Shown piece by piece: positions 38,988-52,100 of a DNA stretch of 64,000 bases; the first letter of the stretch is position 1, and each line of letters begins with the position of its first letter. The stretch is from Aplysia californica (taxonomy: Eukaryota), in NCBI RefSeq assembly GCF_000002075.1, contig NW_004797818.1, positions 268,198 to 332,197 on the forward strand. Direction: 5' to 3'. The notes beneath the pieces are model-generated. The model had not been told where the DNA came from. It did no database searches and saw only the letters and a program-made list of their open reading frames with translations. The position numbers and the translations under genes were made by a program.

Positions 38988-41379
38988 CAACAGGAGTGTC
39001 AGTGTGAGCATGTGAGAGGGAGAGAGAGAGATAATGACAAAGAGAGTCAGAGGGTAAGCAAAATATTTCCCTCCAACAGCGTACGGATGTGAGAGATTAA
39101 CACAAGCATAGGGTCACTTTGCTCTTCGTGCCTACCTAGTAGTAGTAGGCCTACTTACAACAAGAAGAAGACTTTGAAATTCAGATTATAATATGTTCTA
39201 CACGACTACAGAATAAACAAAACCTATAATATTTCAAAGAGAAGCCAGTGTGTTTGTCAGTTATGAGGGGGGGGGGGGTGGTGATGAGCATGACACATGA
39301 CTAGCTTAGTTTAAGTAAAGACTTAATTAAAAGAGAAGCACATTAACACAACAATGAGCATTTATTGCCGGAAATAAGCAACATCGATACAATAGAGGGA
39401 TAGTAAAGATGTAGAACCTGTCAGTAATGCCCTCCCAACAACCCATGAAATATAATATGACTTAAATCACAGAAAACGATTTCGACTTCAAGAGAACTAA
39501 CTTAAAGATGAAAAAATTATCAGAAAACCGGTAGGCCTTAAAGTGTTTGTAACAGCAAGCACTTGACTCCAAGGAGTCTAGTCGATTCATCCACCCTCTC
39601 AGTCTCAGTGACACTCACTCTCAGAACCTCTCATTGCAGAAGTATTTGTTCACATGAAAAAGACTAGTACCGGTAACTAACACACAGGCCTAGGCCTCCA
39701 TCGGACCACTGACCAAAAAACCAAAAAAAATTTGAAAGATTTCTAAAAATTTATCACATCCAATAAAAAACACAGCAAGCTCAATCCAATTATCATGAGG
39801 GATGCAAGCAAATTGAACATCTGGTAACAATAACAAGCAGTAAAATGAAAAGACCAAATAAACCCGGGAGGATAGACAGAGGAGATACTGAACAGCCTTA
39901 CAGAGTTCCCAGGATGAAGACAAATATCCACCGACTATTGTGAGAAAAAGAAAAAAAAAGAAAAGTGAATTTGTAACCTACTGTAGTGGAGTGTGCTTAC
40001 AAAAAAAAAATCTTCATAAAAGTCTCTGTATAATAATTTATAATTACTATGTCCTTTGAGAAGTTTTGAGTTTGAGTTAAAAAAAAAAAACGAGTACAAA
40101 GACACAATAATGGCCATTTAATATATGGTAAATAGCAACTTAAATACAAATAAAACAGGAAAAGAAAAGAAGTAGAACCTACCAATGGCACCCTCCAACT
40201 ACCGGTACCCATTAACTCGGATAAAAATGCAAGCACCAACCTGAACAAATTTTCCAGGAAAGAGGAGATTCAAACAAGGCATATGTGACATTAGTGAATA
40301 TAATATAGCAAAAAGCTCTGCTATTAGATCTAGACTAACCTTTTGTTGGTAGCAATTTTCTAGATTAACATTGGAGGACATCTAGCCCTGTCACTCTGAT
40401 CAAAGAATCTCTACAATGCCCAAAGATTGAAATGCTGTATCCGTCCCAGCCCAGGTTGATCCTGACAGGCAGGAAGAAGCCTGCCTTCTAAATTAACTAA
40501 ATTGAGTTGATGGGGGCATAACACTTCTATAATGGCATATAATTTCTTTAAAGATTGAAGAAAAAGACAAAAGTCACAGAGTACAGCAGTTGGTGGGTCG
40601 GTGTAAGGCACCTACAGTGTGTCCTACTTCTCTACTATCCCATCTACTGTCTATCTTTCTCGCCTTGCCCCAGCACTAACAATAACCATTCTATCACGAT
40701 GAAGTGCTTCTCTTTACTCCAATTAAACTACAAAAATTGTCACCAACTTGTGTGTGTGTCTGGGGGGGGGGGTGACCGGAAAGAAAAGAAAAGTTCGAAC
40801 AACAACTTTTACAAAAAATGGTCCGATATATCTCTCTATATACAGCCAGCTGTAAAAAAAACCAAGTTTTCTACCCAGAAAATTTAAAGAACAACCAGAA
40901 CTTACTTCTTGAAACTAAAAGCTAAATCTACAAGACCACTTCAAAAACCCATGATCTAGTAAACCTACAAACGGCAAGCAAGCACTTGATCAGGAGCTAA
41001 AATATATCAGAATTGGCAAAAGCTTCTATGTTTGATTGGGTAGATGTTTTACGGCACTATCGACACAAGCTTCTATGTATGTCATTAGAAAACTTCAAAG
41101 AAAGTTTGGTACGACAGAAGTATCAACATCAAGACTACAATGACGGTGTAGCAAGCTGCTGTAAGCAAGTGAGACCACAAACTGCACGTTCACATCAATG
41201 AGCTGCCTTAGAGAAAGATTTATGGATTTACATGCCTAGACAAGATTACTAGCACTAACACAGAGGTTGAAAAACAAAACAAAACAAGAGTTCCCACACA
41301 GTGGAGACTCAGATGACTGGGAAACGTTCAGAGGATGAAAGATGGTAGAATTAACAAATGACCTACTTTATTTATAAGA

Positions 41380-41563
41380 CTGTCCCCCTGGTTTTATGCA
41401 CCCCGCATAATTTAGCAAAATATTATCCTTTTTTGCATAAGTTCCGATTATTTACCTTTATTCAATCATTCTTTGTTAAAATTAACAGAATAGTATAATT
41501 TCACATTTTTGGGCTCAGTTTACATAATTTCATAGTTTTTCTTGCATAAAACGACGGGGACAG
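41380..41563. mobile_element. MITE (superfamily unresolved)
   Basis: TIR CTGTCCCCCTGGTTTTATGCA / TGCATAAAACGACGGGGACAG. Flanked by ATAAGA duplication. Confidence 0.7.
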
Positions 41564-41745
41564 ATAAGACAATTAGAATTGTTGTGAAGGAGAAGGAAAT
41601 AAAGGTCTAACGGTACCTCAGTTATAAAGATAAAAAGATGTTTACAAGAGGAACAAGATCTGGATTTTTAAAAAAATTCAGAATCTGGGAATAGACAGCA
41701 AACGGTTGGGTTGTCGTCAAAGAAAGAGGGAAGCAAAGGTCATTT

Positions 41746-41882
41746 CATTTGTTTGAGTAAAGAGAAGCACGACACAATAATGGTAATTTAGTGCGGGGAA
41801 AAGGTAAGACAGACAGACAGAAACAACAAAGGGAAAGCAAAGAAGAAAGACCTACCACAGTAGCACCCTCCAACCACCTGCT
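41746..41882 (-). mobile_element. short repeat family E (GGTGGTTGGAGGGTGC head)
   Basis: Similar segments at about 6930-7025, 40065-40203, 50985-51063 and 52620-52693. Confidence 0.6.
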
Positions 41883-42079
41883 GAGATCAGTAACAAGATG
41901 TAAGAGAATGACATAACAACAGTGAAGTTGTGCATCACCTAGGGAGACACAAGATAACAATGACTGAATGAAACAGTAAAGTTCAGAACATCAGTCATAT
42001 CCTTGTAGGCTACTAACTGCTATCAGCATTTTTTAAAAACACATTGATGCAGTTAGCAACATATGCCCCATCATCACAA

Positions 42080-42213
42080 ATAATAATAATAATAGATAAT
42101 AGATAGCATTTGTATAGCGCATATCCCCGCTTAACAGCAGGCTCTATGCGTTTTACACTATATTATTACCCCAGCAGACCATAGAACACTCCGAAACATT
42201 CTCAGCTTCCCAC
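42080..42213 (-). mobile_element. family A SINE, 3' fragment
   Basis: Reverse complement matches the 3' third of 48060-48398. Confidence 0.8.
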
Positions 42214-42635
42214 AAGACATAATAAAACTGACCATACAGCTAAAACATTATTATTTGTTGTGAAAAAATAGTAACAGTCAGTATATTATTTGCTGTGAAA
42301 GAATAGTAATAGTATATTATTTGCAAACCTCTTCAAAACTCAGGTCAGTCATACAATCTCTAGTGTACTCTACATCTGCCTAGGAGACCAAGGGAAGACA
42401 GGAAAGACAACATTAACCTTATCCACTGGAACAAAGAATCATTTCTCATACCTGCTGCTAGGATAAGTATAAAATGAATACGCAGGGCAGGTGGGGGTTG
42501 GGGCAACATTATTATTATTGTATGGGAAAAAGCATGGTCTGACAAGAAATGGGAGCGAAGATGGCACACACCAAGTTCTAGATACACTGGCCAGGCTACA
42601 GTTAAATGTGGTACAAAGACAGGAGAGGACAAGTG

Positions 42636-43041
42636 TGTTTGTTTTAGTAAGGTTTCACGGCGCTCGCAACTGCATAAGGTCATATGTAAACCAAGGGGTG
42701 GATGTCAACAGAGAAGTCCAAATGTGGAATTGGAATCAGGCTTACTCTGCTCACCTCTTTAGGCTCAACAGCACAAAGTCTGCTTTGACTATCAAGGTAC
42801 CCCGGAAATAGCAGTTCACAAGAGAGTGATAAACATGCACAAAAAGTAGAGGAATAAAGACGATAGTAAAGATGAGGAAAGAAAAAGCAGCAGTTCCCCC
42901 TATGTTGTTCAGGCATAGTATGAGCAAGACATTGATTGATCAGGCCATTTACATTTCTACTATGCATAAGAACATGTTAATATCACCCCTTTGAGAATGG
43001 CCTAAAGACACTTCAGTCAGTAGCACTGCCCTGAGGGAGTG
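42636..43041 (-). mobile_element. retroposon family C (about 400 bp, non-tRNA head)
   Basis: Colinear with 43279-43684 and 51270-51667. Tail ATATGACCTTATGCAGTTGCGAGCGCCG. Confidence 0.82.
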
Positions 43042-43278
43042 GAAAGGACAATGGAGGGTAGCCAGGTCAAAATGTAGAGAACACATCATCCACAGTTTCA
43101 TTCAATTAAGAGTAGACTATCGTGATCTCAAACACAAATTATAACGAAACAGAAAAAAAAAAATGCTGGCTCAATAAACATTCCTACGAAAGTCCCAAAC
43201 ATTTACATTAAAAGCAGAATATTGTGATCTCAAACACAAATGATAACAAACAAGAGAAGAAAAAAAGTTTGACATTTT

Positions 43279-43684
43279 GTTTGTTTGTTTTAGTAAGAGT
43301 TTTTACGGTGCTCGCAACTGCATACGGTCATATGAGCGCCAAGGGGTGGATTCCAACAGAAAAGTCATTACTGGCAATCAGGCTTACTCTGCTCACCTCT
43401 CTAGCTTCAACAGCATCAAGTCTGCTTCGCCTATCAAGGCACCCTGGAATAGCGGGTCACAAAGAGTGTGACAAACATACAAAAGAAGTAGAGGAAAAAA
43501 TTATGATAGTAATGATTAGGAAAGAAAAGGCAGCAGTTCCCTGTTGCAGCTCAGGCACAGTTATGAGCATGACATTGATGAATCAGCCCTTTTACAATTC
43601 TACTCTGCATAAGAACATGTTTAATGTCCCCCCCTTTGGGAATGGCCTAAAGACACTTCAGTCAGTAGCATTGCCCTGGGGGTG
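43279..43684 (-). mobile_element. retroposon family C
   Basis: TSD GACATTTT. Same head and tail as the other copies. Confidence 0.85.
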
Positions 43685-44091
43685 GACATTTTTTTTTTAA
43701 TTAAAAAAATATCCTGAGTTTCAACTTCACAAAAGTGCAGAGATTGCCTCCCGCAATATTGTAAAATAGACATAGAATAATGTCAAAAAGTCATCCCAAG
43801 ACAGGGAAAAATGAAAAGTGTTTATCAGTGGCTCATACCCTCATTCAGGGTGACAAAATCAACGATGAAGAATAACTCAAGATGGTAGCCCCTGGCGAAC
43901 TTCCAAGTTCCCAGGGTGAACTTCACAAGTACATTGGTTTTGAAATGAAGAGTTTCGGTTCAGGTGAAGGGCTGGCAACTCTTCTCTGTAAAAAAGAATA
44001 TCACTAAAGAAACAGTAAAAGAAATTCCACAGCTGGGGGAGGATGGAGCGACAGCCACAGAGCGTCAGAACCTAGGGTAGTATATGGGCAT

Positions 44092-44788
44092 ATGACATTT
44101 AGTAAAGAAGTTGTCAAGAATCTTGGTGTATATATTGACCACCACTTATCAATGGGCTCGTTTGTAGGATCTCTGTCCAAATCCCTTTACTTTCAGCTGA
44201 GAAGGATAGGCCTAGTTCAAAAGTACTTAAACGAAGAGACCACAAAAACACTGGTAACATCTCTTATCCTATCTACATTAGACTATAGTAACTCACTCCT
44301 AGCAGGTCTGAACAACAAATATTTGAATTGTTTACAAGTAATTCAAAACAATGCCGCTAGACTGATAACAAGACCTAAAAAACGAGACCATGTCACTCCA
44401 TTATTAAAAGAACTGCATTGGCTCCTTGTAAAAGAAAGAATAATATTTAAAATCTGTGTCATGTGTTTCAAATGTGTAAATAAAACTGCTCCTTTTTATC
44501 TACAAGAACTTATCAGTATATATAAGCCAGGGAGAAACCTAAAATCATCAAACGATAACACCCTACTTGTGACACCTGTAAAATCATACAAATCATATGG
44601 AGAGAGATCTTTCTCATATCTTGGTCCATTTATGTGGAACAGATTACCAATGAAACTAAGACAAATAAAAACACTTGATAGCTTCAAAAGACTTCTTAAA
44701 CATTTTCTGTTCCTACAGGCCTATCCTTCATAAGCTTTTAACGTTACTTTTCATTATCGTTGTTCTGTTCCTATGTCAGGATGAAAAT

Positions 44789-44833
<45 letters not shown>

Positions 44834-44970
44834 ATAAATATATATTGCATGAGAAGAAAGGAAGTAGTAAGAAAGGTTTTGAAAATGGGTATTCTAATGT
44901 AAAGCGCATTGAGCTACTTTTTTGGAAATGCGCTGTATAAATGTTATATATTATTATTATTTATTATTAT
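44092..44970 (+). mobile_element. 5'-truncated L2/CR1-group LINE (ORF2 C-terminal 213 aa open, 44092-44733)
   Basis: KNLGV..D..LS, LDYSNSLLAGL, LQ.IQNNAARLI, DHVTPLLKELHWL, G.RSFS...P..WN.LP...FK..LK motifs. (TG)n UTR and GTAAAGCGCATTGAGC..GCGCTGTATAAATG(TTA)n tail. Confidence 0.9.
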
Positions 44971-45013
44971 AGTGAAAGCCTATCTCCGTCGGGAGGACCG
45001 GGCATTCCTCCCG

Positions 45014-45095
45014 ACAACTGGAGCCACTGGCCCTGGATCATGATTACTGGAGAGAGCTTGTTGGTGGTCTACGCTCCACAAGAAGCCGATCATGC
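45014..45095 (+). mobile_element. RTE-clade LINE 3' tip
   Basis: Translates to QLEPLALDHDYWRELVGGLRSTRS, resembling the RTE ORF C-terminus (A.DR..WR.LV.GL.S). Confidence 0.45.
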
Positions 45096-45703
45096 AGGAG
45101 GTGTCTAATTAATGATAACAACAATAACACTGTGGTATTGAACCTAAACCCTTGGAGCACTCATGGTCATTGCCAACATTCAAACACATGATATCTATAA
45201 GTAGGTTATATCATGGGACCATAGAGCAACTTCACTTTTAGAACGACTGAGAGCAAGTAAATGGCAGGGATCTAATCGAATTACATAATACAATAAAACC
45301 TGTCAACTTTTAAAAAGACACAGCAGTATAAAACCATATCATCCAGCCACAGAATCTCGCAGACCACTGCTTCACTCTTCCCATCAGGAATAAAAAATAT
45401 AAGTACACAGATCAAACTCAATCTAAACTAAAATTCTCCTTTTTCTAAAACACCAAGTTACAAAAGGTTACTTGGCAATCAGAACAAATGGAATATGTGA
45501 CAGCTAGCACAATGTGCCTAAACTACTGCAACACCGTACGCCCCTAGGAGACAGAATGTAAACTGAACTGGAATGAACTGGTTAGCTAAGGGTGTAACTT
45601 TTAAATTATTCTAACCTTACATCTGGGGGGGGGGGGGGACAACTACAAATGAACACTTTAAGAGTAGCCAATCAGAAATCTCTATCTCTATATATATATG
45701 CAA

Positions 45704-46123
45704 ACTAAAGTCTAAAAAAATTATCGAACGGTGAATATCAGATTGCACCCTGATGATTTTCATCAAGACACAAATATTGCTAATCAAATGATTTGCCCCT
45801 TGAAATCTGTTTTTTATCATCAGCGTTTTCTAAAACAGAAGAGGGCATGTCCCCTTCATTCTGGTGCTGCTTTGACGGTGAACAAGGGAGGGAACTAGAA
45901 GGGCTATCACTGACTAAAGTCTAAAAAAATTATCGAACGGTGAATATCAGATTGCACCCTGATGATTTTCATCAAGACACAAATATTGCTAATCAAATGA
46001 TTTGCCCCTTGAAATCTGTTTTTTATCATCAGCGTTTTCTAAAACAGAAGAGGGCATGTCCCCTTCATTCTGGTGCTGCTTTGACGGTGAACAAGGGAGG
46101 GAACTAGAAGGGCTATCACTGAC
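45704..46123. repeat. 209-bp tandem duplication spanning the TAPT1 stop codon
   Basis: 45704-45912 matches 45913-46121 with no differences seen. 2-bp AC junction microhomology. Confidence 0.92.
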
Positions 46124-49100
46124 AGATAAAACATTACAAGGAGAGGCTGCTGTCTCACTGCTAGGACTGTCACTGTCAGGTTGCAGATTACTTTCCTCTG
46201 ACCAACCAGTGTATGGGACTTGAAAATCACCATTGTAACCACATGTTAATCTTTCGTCAGGATTTAAAACATTTTTTGTCACAGGAAAGTTCCCTTGCAA
46301 AAAAGGTGATGAATTCTGTGAAGAAGGGAGTATTTTGTCCTGCGACGTTAGATTGTCTTCAAGGCTTTTTGGTGAAACTGGTGAAAAAGACTCAACAGAA
46401 AGTGGATGCGTACTGTGAGATGACTCTGACTCGAATGAGGATTTCTTATTATCTGCCGAGAGCTCTAGATCTGGAGAAAAGAAATCCCGTTGAAAATCCA
46501 TTAGCACTGACGACTTAGAACCCTTGGGGGTGGAACTTTCTTGGACAGCTTGCAGCGAGTAAGACTTGACTGGAGTAGATTCTCGAGTCAGAGGTAACTC
46601 TGGTGAGAACTCGTCGGGAACAGCATCAGAGATGTTCTGCACATGGTACGGGGTTGCTCCGTTGCTGGTAAGACCACTGTCATCATCAAAATGGTGAGGA
46701 GAAGATGAACTGCCTGAGAAAGCTGGAGACGTTTGACCCGGTATTGGTGGGTCTGCACTGAAAGAGGTTTCAGTATTCACAGCAACGCTGGAAGAAACAG
46801 GAAATGGCCGACTTTGATTGTTCATCGCGTCTGATGCTCTGGGCTGCACTTCAGCCTTCACTTTCGGGGCGGATCCTTTGTCTTCTTTCTTGGAAACAAC
46901 CTAGGAGCAGAAAAAAAAAAGTTGAGGTTTCAAAAGTAAATAATCAGTCACAAGTATACAGCCTCTCTTTTAATCAACATTAATTTTGAGCTTGGTCTTG
47001 TTTTAAGGGTATAACAATGCAAAACGCATGACATATCTCTGCGGTGAATTATTTCTGATCATTGTGACTTGACGCAGATAGCAGATGTAAAACAAAAATT
47101 CCCATGTGGATGATAGCATTTTCTTTCATTTTGAAAAATTCTTAAAATAAACATTCACAGACCAGATGAGTGTTCATCTTCTGCACGATATATTCAAGAG
47201 AAGCTTTATGAAATTGAATTGGTGGGATTCAGACGATTTCCTATATTTAAAATAAGTTTTACTTTTAGGGAGTCTATTTGTTCTCCACTGCATTTGTGTC
47301 CTTTAAAAAACTGAGAACTGGGCATCAACAGAGTACTTCTTAACTTAAGGAATGGTCCACCAATGTGTTGAGGAAGTTACTTTGAGGGTATGTGAATGGA
47401 ACTTTATTATTCATTTGTTACATAAATCTGAATCATAATTGTTCCCCTTTGCTTTGTTTCTCATGCCTGAGAGATCACTGTGCTCCACCTTCCCTGAAAT
47501 AAAAAACTATCTTCTGAAATCAATCCTGGATGCAAATAAGGAAGTTGTAAAGGGATGACTGGATACCATGATCTTTCTCTTACTACATTCAACACTTAAC
47601 AATGACATCAAATTCAATATACTTTCAACCATTTAGGTAGCAATTTTCTTAAACTCTACCTCTCTGAGCCAACCCAGGCTGAGTGAGATATAGTATCCCA
47701 TCAGAATGATACATACTCAGTAAAATAGAATTCCCAACTTGGGAATCACATTCATGTCCTTTGTGTACGATGGCAAAGAACATAACCATTACGCTATAGA
47801 CGCTGGTACATTGGGCAGTAGTTACCTGTGAGTCAACAACTGTTCCCGTAGCTTTGGCATTTTTATCCCTCTCAGTAATAAGACGCTGAGCCCAGCCCAG
47901 CAGTACAATGCTGTTGAGAACTTTCGTTGATATCAAACTGAAAAAAAAAAGAAGGAAAAGACTATAACCAACAAAGCCACATGCCAAACTAGCCAAAAAG
48001 AATATACATTCTGTTCACCGACCCCCAGAATTCCCTAGACATGAAGAATGCTTGATTTAGTGGCGTCGGTGGCCCAGTGGTTAGGCTCTCGGACTCGCAA
48101 CCGTAAGGACGAGGTTTCGAATCCCGTCAGGGGTCCGACGTTGTGTCCTTGGGAAAGGCACTTTACACGAATTTTCCTCACTTCACCCAGGTGGGAATGG
48201 CTATAGACAGCAAAAGATCTTGTCAGTTTGTTAGTGTTTGAGGGCTTAATCAGCTGCTTGCACTGTATGCTTTCCGGGAAGCTGAGAATGTTTCGGAGTG
48301 TTCTATGGTCTGCTGGGGTAATAATATAGTGTAAAGGGCATAGAGCTTGCTGTTGAGCGGGGATATGTGCTATACAAATGTTAGTTATTATTATTATTTA
48401 GTACAGGACCTGGCATACAAGAACTTACCAGTTCAGAGAAAAAAAAAAACCCTACTCGGTTGGACAAGAAAGGAAGTCAAACAATGTAAAAGACTGTATC
48501 ATTTGTGTAACTACTTCCTTGTTATCACTGTACAAATATAATCCTTTTCCTTCCTCCCTGAATAATCACTGACTTCAAACAATTGATTTTTTTTTCAAAA
48601 GCAAACAGAATACAGTACCAATTCACAGAACCTTCACTAGACAGAGATTCTGAAATCTTTGTCATTTGTCAAAAGGATGAACAAATTATGGTATTCACAA
48701 AACTTTAAGTTGCATTTTAGTGTTAGACCAAGTAAATATTTCACAAGGTTATTCCTAGCATCAAGGCCAAAGAAAGGAAAAGAGCGTAATATGTAAAAAA
48801 GTAAATGTACCATAAGTAAAAGACGAAAACCAGAAGCCAGGGCAGAGGGCCGCTGATGTTGAAAGACTTGGTGCACACCATGAACAACAAGCAAATCAGA
48901 GGAATCGGAGTGAAACCCATTCTTCGGCACACTTGATCATTGAAGTTGGTAAATGCCTGAAAGCAGCAATACACACACACACAAAAAAGTTCATTAATCA
49001 GCCACGAAATTTCAAAAGTTCTTTGACTCTCCCATCTAAATAAAAAAGAGAAATTTTGTACTTTGTTGTATATGTTAATAAACCCTCATCCCCACAATTC

Positions 49101-52100
49101 ATATCACACAAGAAGTAGGCTGCTTTGACTTTGCTGCAAACCCGTGCCTGCATTATATTTCTCATAGCACAATATGTGGGAGATGAAATGGCTGGTGCCG
49201 CTATAAATAAATCATTGATGGTCAAGGAGGGAGATGAAACACTAACCATGTCACCAATCAAACCATCTTTTGCACGCGATACTTCAACACATACTTGTGA
49301 ATTTTTTAAGGCATGATGATGAATTAGCTTTAAATTTCAGTCTCTGTGAAAGTGAGGAGTTTCGAGTCAAGGATATCGATGGCTGGGTACAAGACTCCGA
49401 CAAACAACGCTATATTACACAATGAATAGTGGCTTTTGTCAGAGTCCTACACCTAGCCACCGATACGTTTTGCCTGTCTCTACAAATTCCTGACCTTAAG
49501 AAGAGTTGAAAATAAACCATAAAGAAGTAACTCAAATGTTTATCATTTTATCACCATCATCAAATAATTATTTGTAAAAATTCACACATCACTATTTTTC
49601 AGAATATCATCTACAAGAATAAACAAACTATGTCACATGTTTGTAACTAAAAACAGCCCCATTCATTCTTTTCACATTATAAACTCACATGTTTCTGCTG
49701 ACTAGAGGCAATATCTTGAGCCAGACCTAAGGCAAAATCACCATAAGACTGAAAAAAGAAAAACCAAAAGGACCAAAATGAAACATTTTTTTTACCATCC
49801 ACATAAAAGAGTAAATATTGGCACGAGAATTTGGACGTTAACATAGGAGCAATAAAGTCAACTTCTGTTCCATTCTAAAGAAAGTAATTGATGTCACTCA
49901 AAGCAAAGCAGGTGAGCTGATCAGCATATATGAAGCTTACAAGGTGACAAAGTTAATAATAAGACATAGTATTCACTGAATCATGTAATGTAAAACTCAG
50001 CAATCCTTTTCCATAATGAGTGCAAGCACACCAAAGTTAAGAACAAAAGTGGCTTATTCTAATGGCTAAAACCAGGAATCTCTTATCTCTTTTAGTTAAA
50101 ATAAATCAAGTCTCTTAAAAATCTCTTTAAAAAAGTGGTACACATTTACCCCAGCAAAGAACTATACACTAAAATCTAAAAACTATGTAAGAGCTCACAC
50201 TGGCAGACAGCTCATTAAATTTGGTAATGAAGGCGTGCTTGATCCAGTCAACAATCATTTCCACAAGCAGAACAACAGCAACGTCTTGAATTATAGGGAA
50301 GGCAAGATCTGAAAAGTTAAAGTTAAAACAAAAATTAGTAGGGCCTACATCATTATTATTAGACCAACCTATTTGGAAATAGTTAATAAATACAACTGCT
50401 TTACAACAAGAATACTCACAGTTTTCTCACAGCCCATGAATATTATTTGGGTGCAGATACAGAAAATACAATTGCCTTGGCATTTTTCAAAAGTTATGAG
50501 AAATCGGTTCCGTTGTACAGAGCAAGAAATCTGCAGCTTAGCAGGAGCAGTACGAAGAAACTCTACACCATTATCAATGAGTGTTTTAGTTTTAGTAAGT
50601 GTTTTACGGCACTTGCAACACAAGGTAATTTAAGTGCTGAAGATTAGAGGTGTTACAAGAGAGTAACAAACACAAAATAGAAGGAGGGGAGATAAAGACG
50701 ATAGATGTTTCATAGGAAAGAAAGAGCAAACCACACCAGAGTACCTGCCAACCAATCACAATGAGTGTTTAAAATTGACTTCTGACCTCAGATGGTATGA
50801 ATTTTCCAGTACAAAGGAACCATTAGAGAGGGTAAATGAAAGAAAGATGAAAAAAGAAGAAACAGAGAAAGGACAGTGGGAATCACATACTTCTGAAACT
50901 CTTAATGAGATAATAATACTCTATTCGGTTCAGTTTTTTTTTTTAAGAAGCGCCTTGACACTATGACTTTTATTTAGAGCATGAAAAGACAAGACAGATA
51001 GATAGAAACAACTGAGGGAAGGAAAAAAGTAAGACCTACCAGCTGCACTCTCCAACCACCTGCATATTCATTGTAGCAGAACTGATTTAGATCATTCTTG
51101 TTTGAAAGGAATCTAAGTTTTCTTTAAATCCTACCATGAACTAGATCTACCTCAATTTTAAAAGAGAAATTTGGGATGAAACATTTAACTCTTTCACTTC
51201 CGCGAGCTGTGATTCCAGCTTCAAAACCACACATACTTTTGTAATAATCAAATTAGAAATCTCAGACTGTTTTGTTTGTTTTAGTAGAGGTTTTATGGCG
51301 CTCGCAACTGCATAAGGTCATATGAGCGCCAAGGGGTGGATGTCAATAGAAAAGCCCTTACAGAGAAACAGACTTACTCTGCTCACCTCTCTAGCTTCAA
51401 CAGCACAAAGTCTGCTTCGACTATCAAGGCACTCCGGAAATAGCGGGTCACAAGAGTGTGACAAACATACAAAAGAATTAAAGGAAAATGACGATCGTAA
51501 GGATTAGGAAAGAAAAGGCAGCAGTTCCGTTGTAGTTCAGGCATAGTAATGAGCATGACATTGTTGGATCAGCCCATTTACAATTCTACGGTGCATTAGA
51601 ACAAGAAATGTCCCCTCTTTGGGAATGGCCTAAAGACAGTTCAGTCAGTGGCACCGCCCCAGTGGGTAAATCTCAGGCTGAAGAATGATCGTTTTTAGCA
51701 ACATGTTGAGATAGGTCATTATTTCCCTTTTATTTTCATAAATAAGACATGTGGCTCATATTGAAAATTGAACTAAAAATTTTTAAATTTATCCGACGGT
51801 ACACAGAACCAGAAAGTAGGTCACAGATAGGGCCCGGTCCAGGTAAGGAAAAACCCCCGGAAGTGAAAGAGTTCAGTAAAAAAGCTCACTGACCCCAGTT
51901 CCACTGGAGTTCTTTCATGTTCCTGATGAAGACAAAGAGCAAGAGCACCAGATAGTGGAACCTCTCCTTCACGTCGCCATATGTGATTTGACACAGGTTG
52001 TTCTTGTCCAGTCGCTTGAACAAGTTGCCCTTGATCTCCACAAACTGTAAAAGACAAAAGAAAACGTGAAATTGTACTTTACATCAAGTTAGAGCAATAA

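Noticed and set aside
43224-43700. 158-aa plus-strand ORF (also 42491-42811 and 51322-51507)
   Set aside because: It is an antisense reading of repeat family C, and the frame is not conserved among copies.
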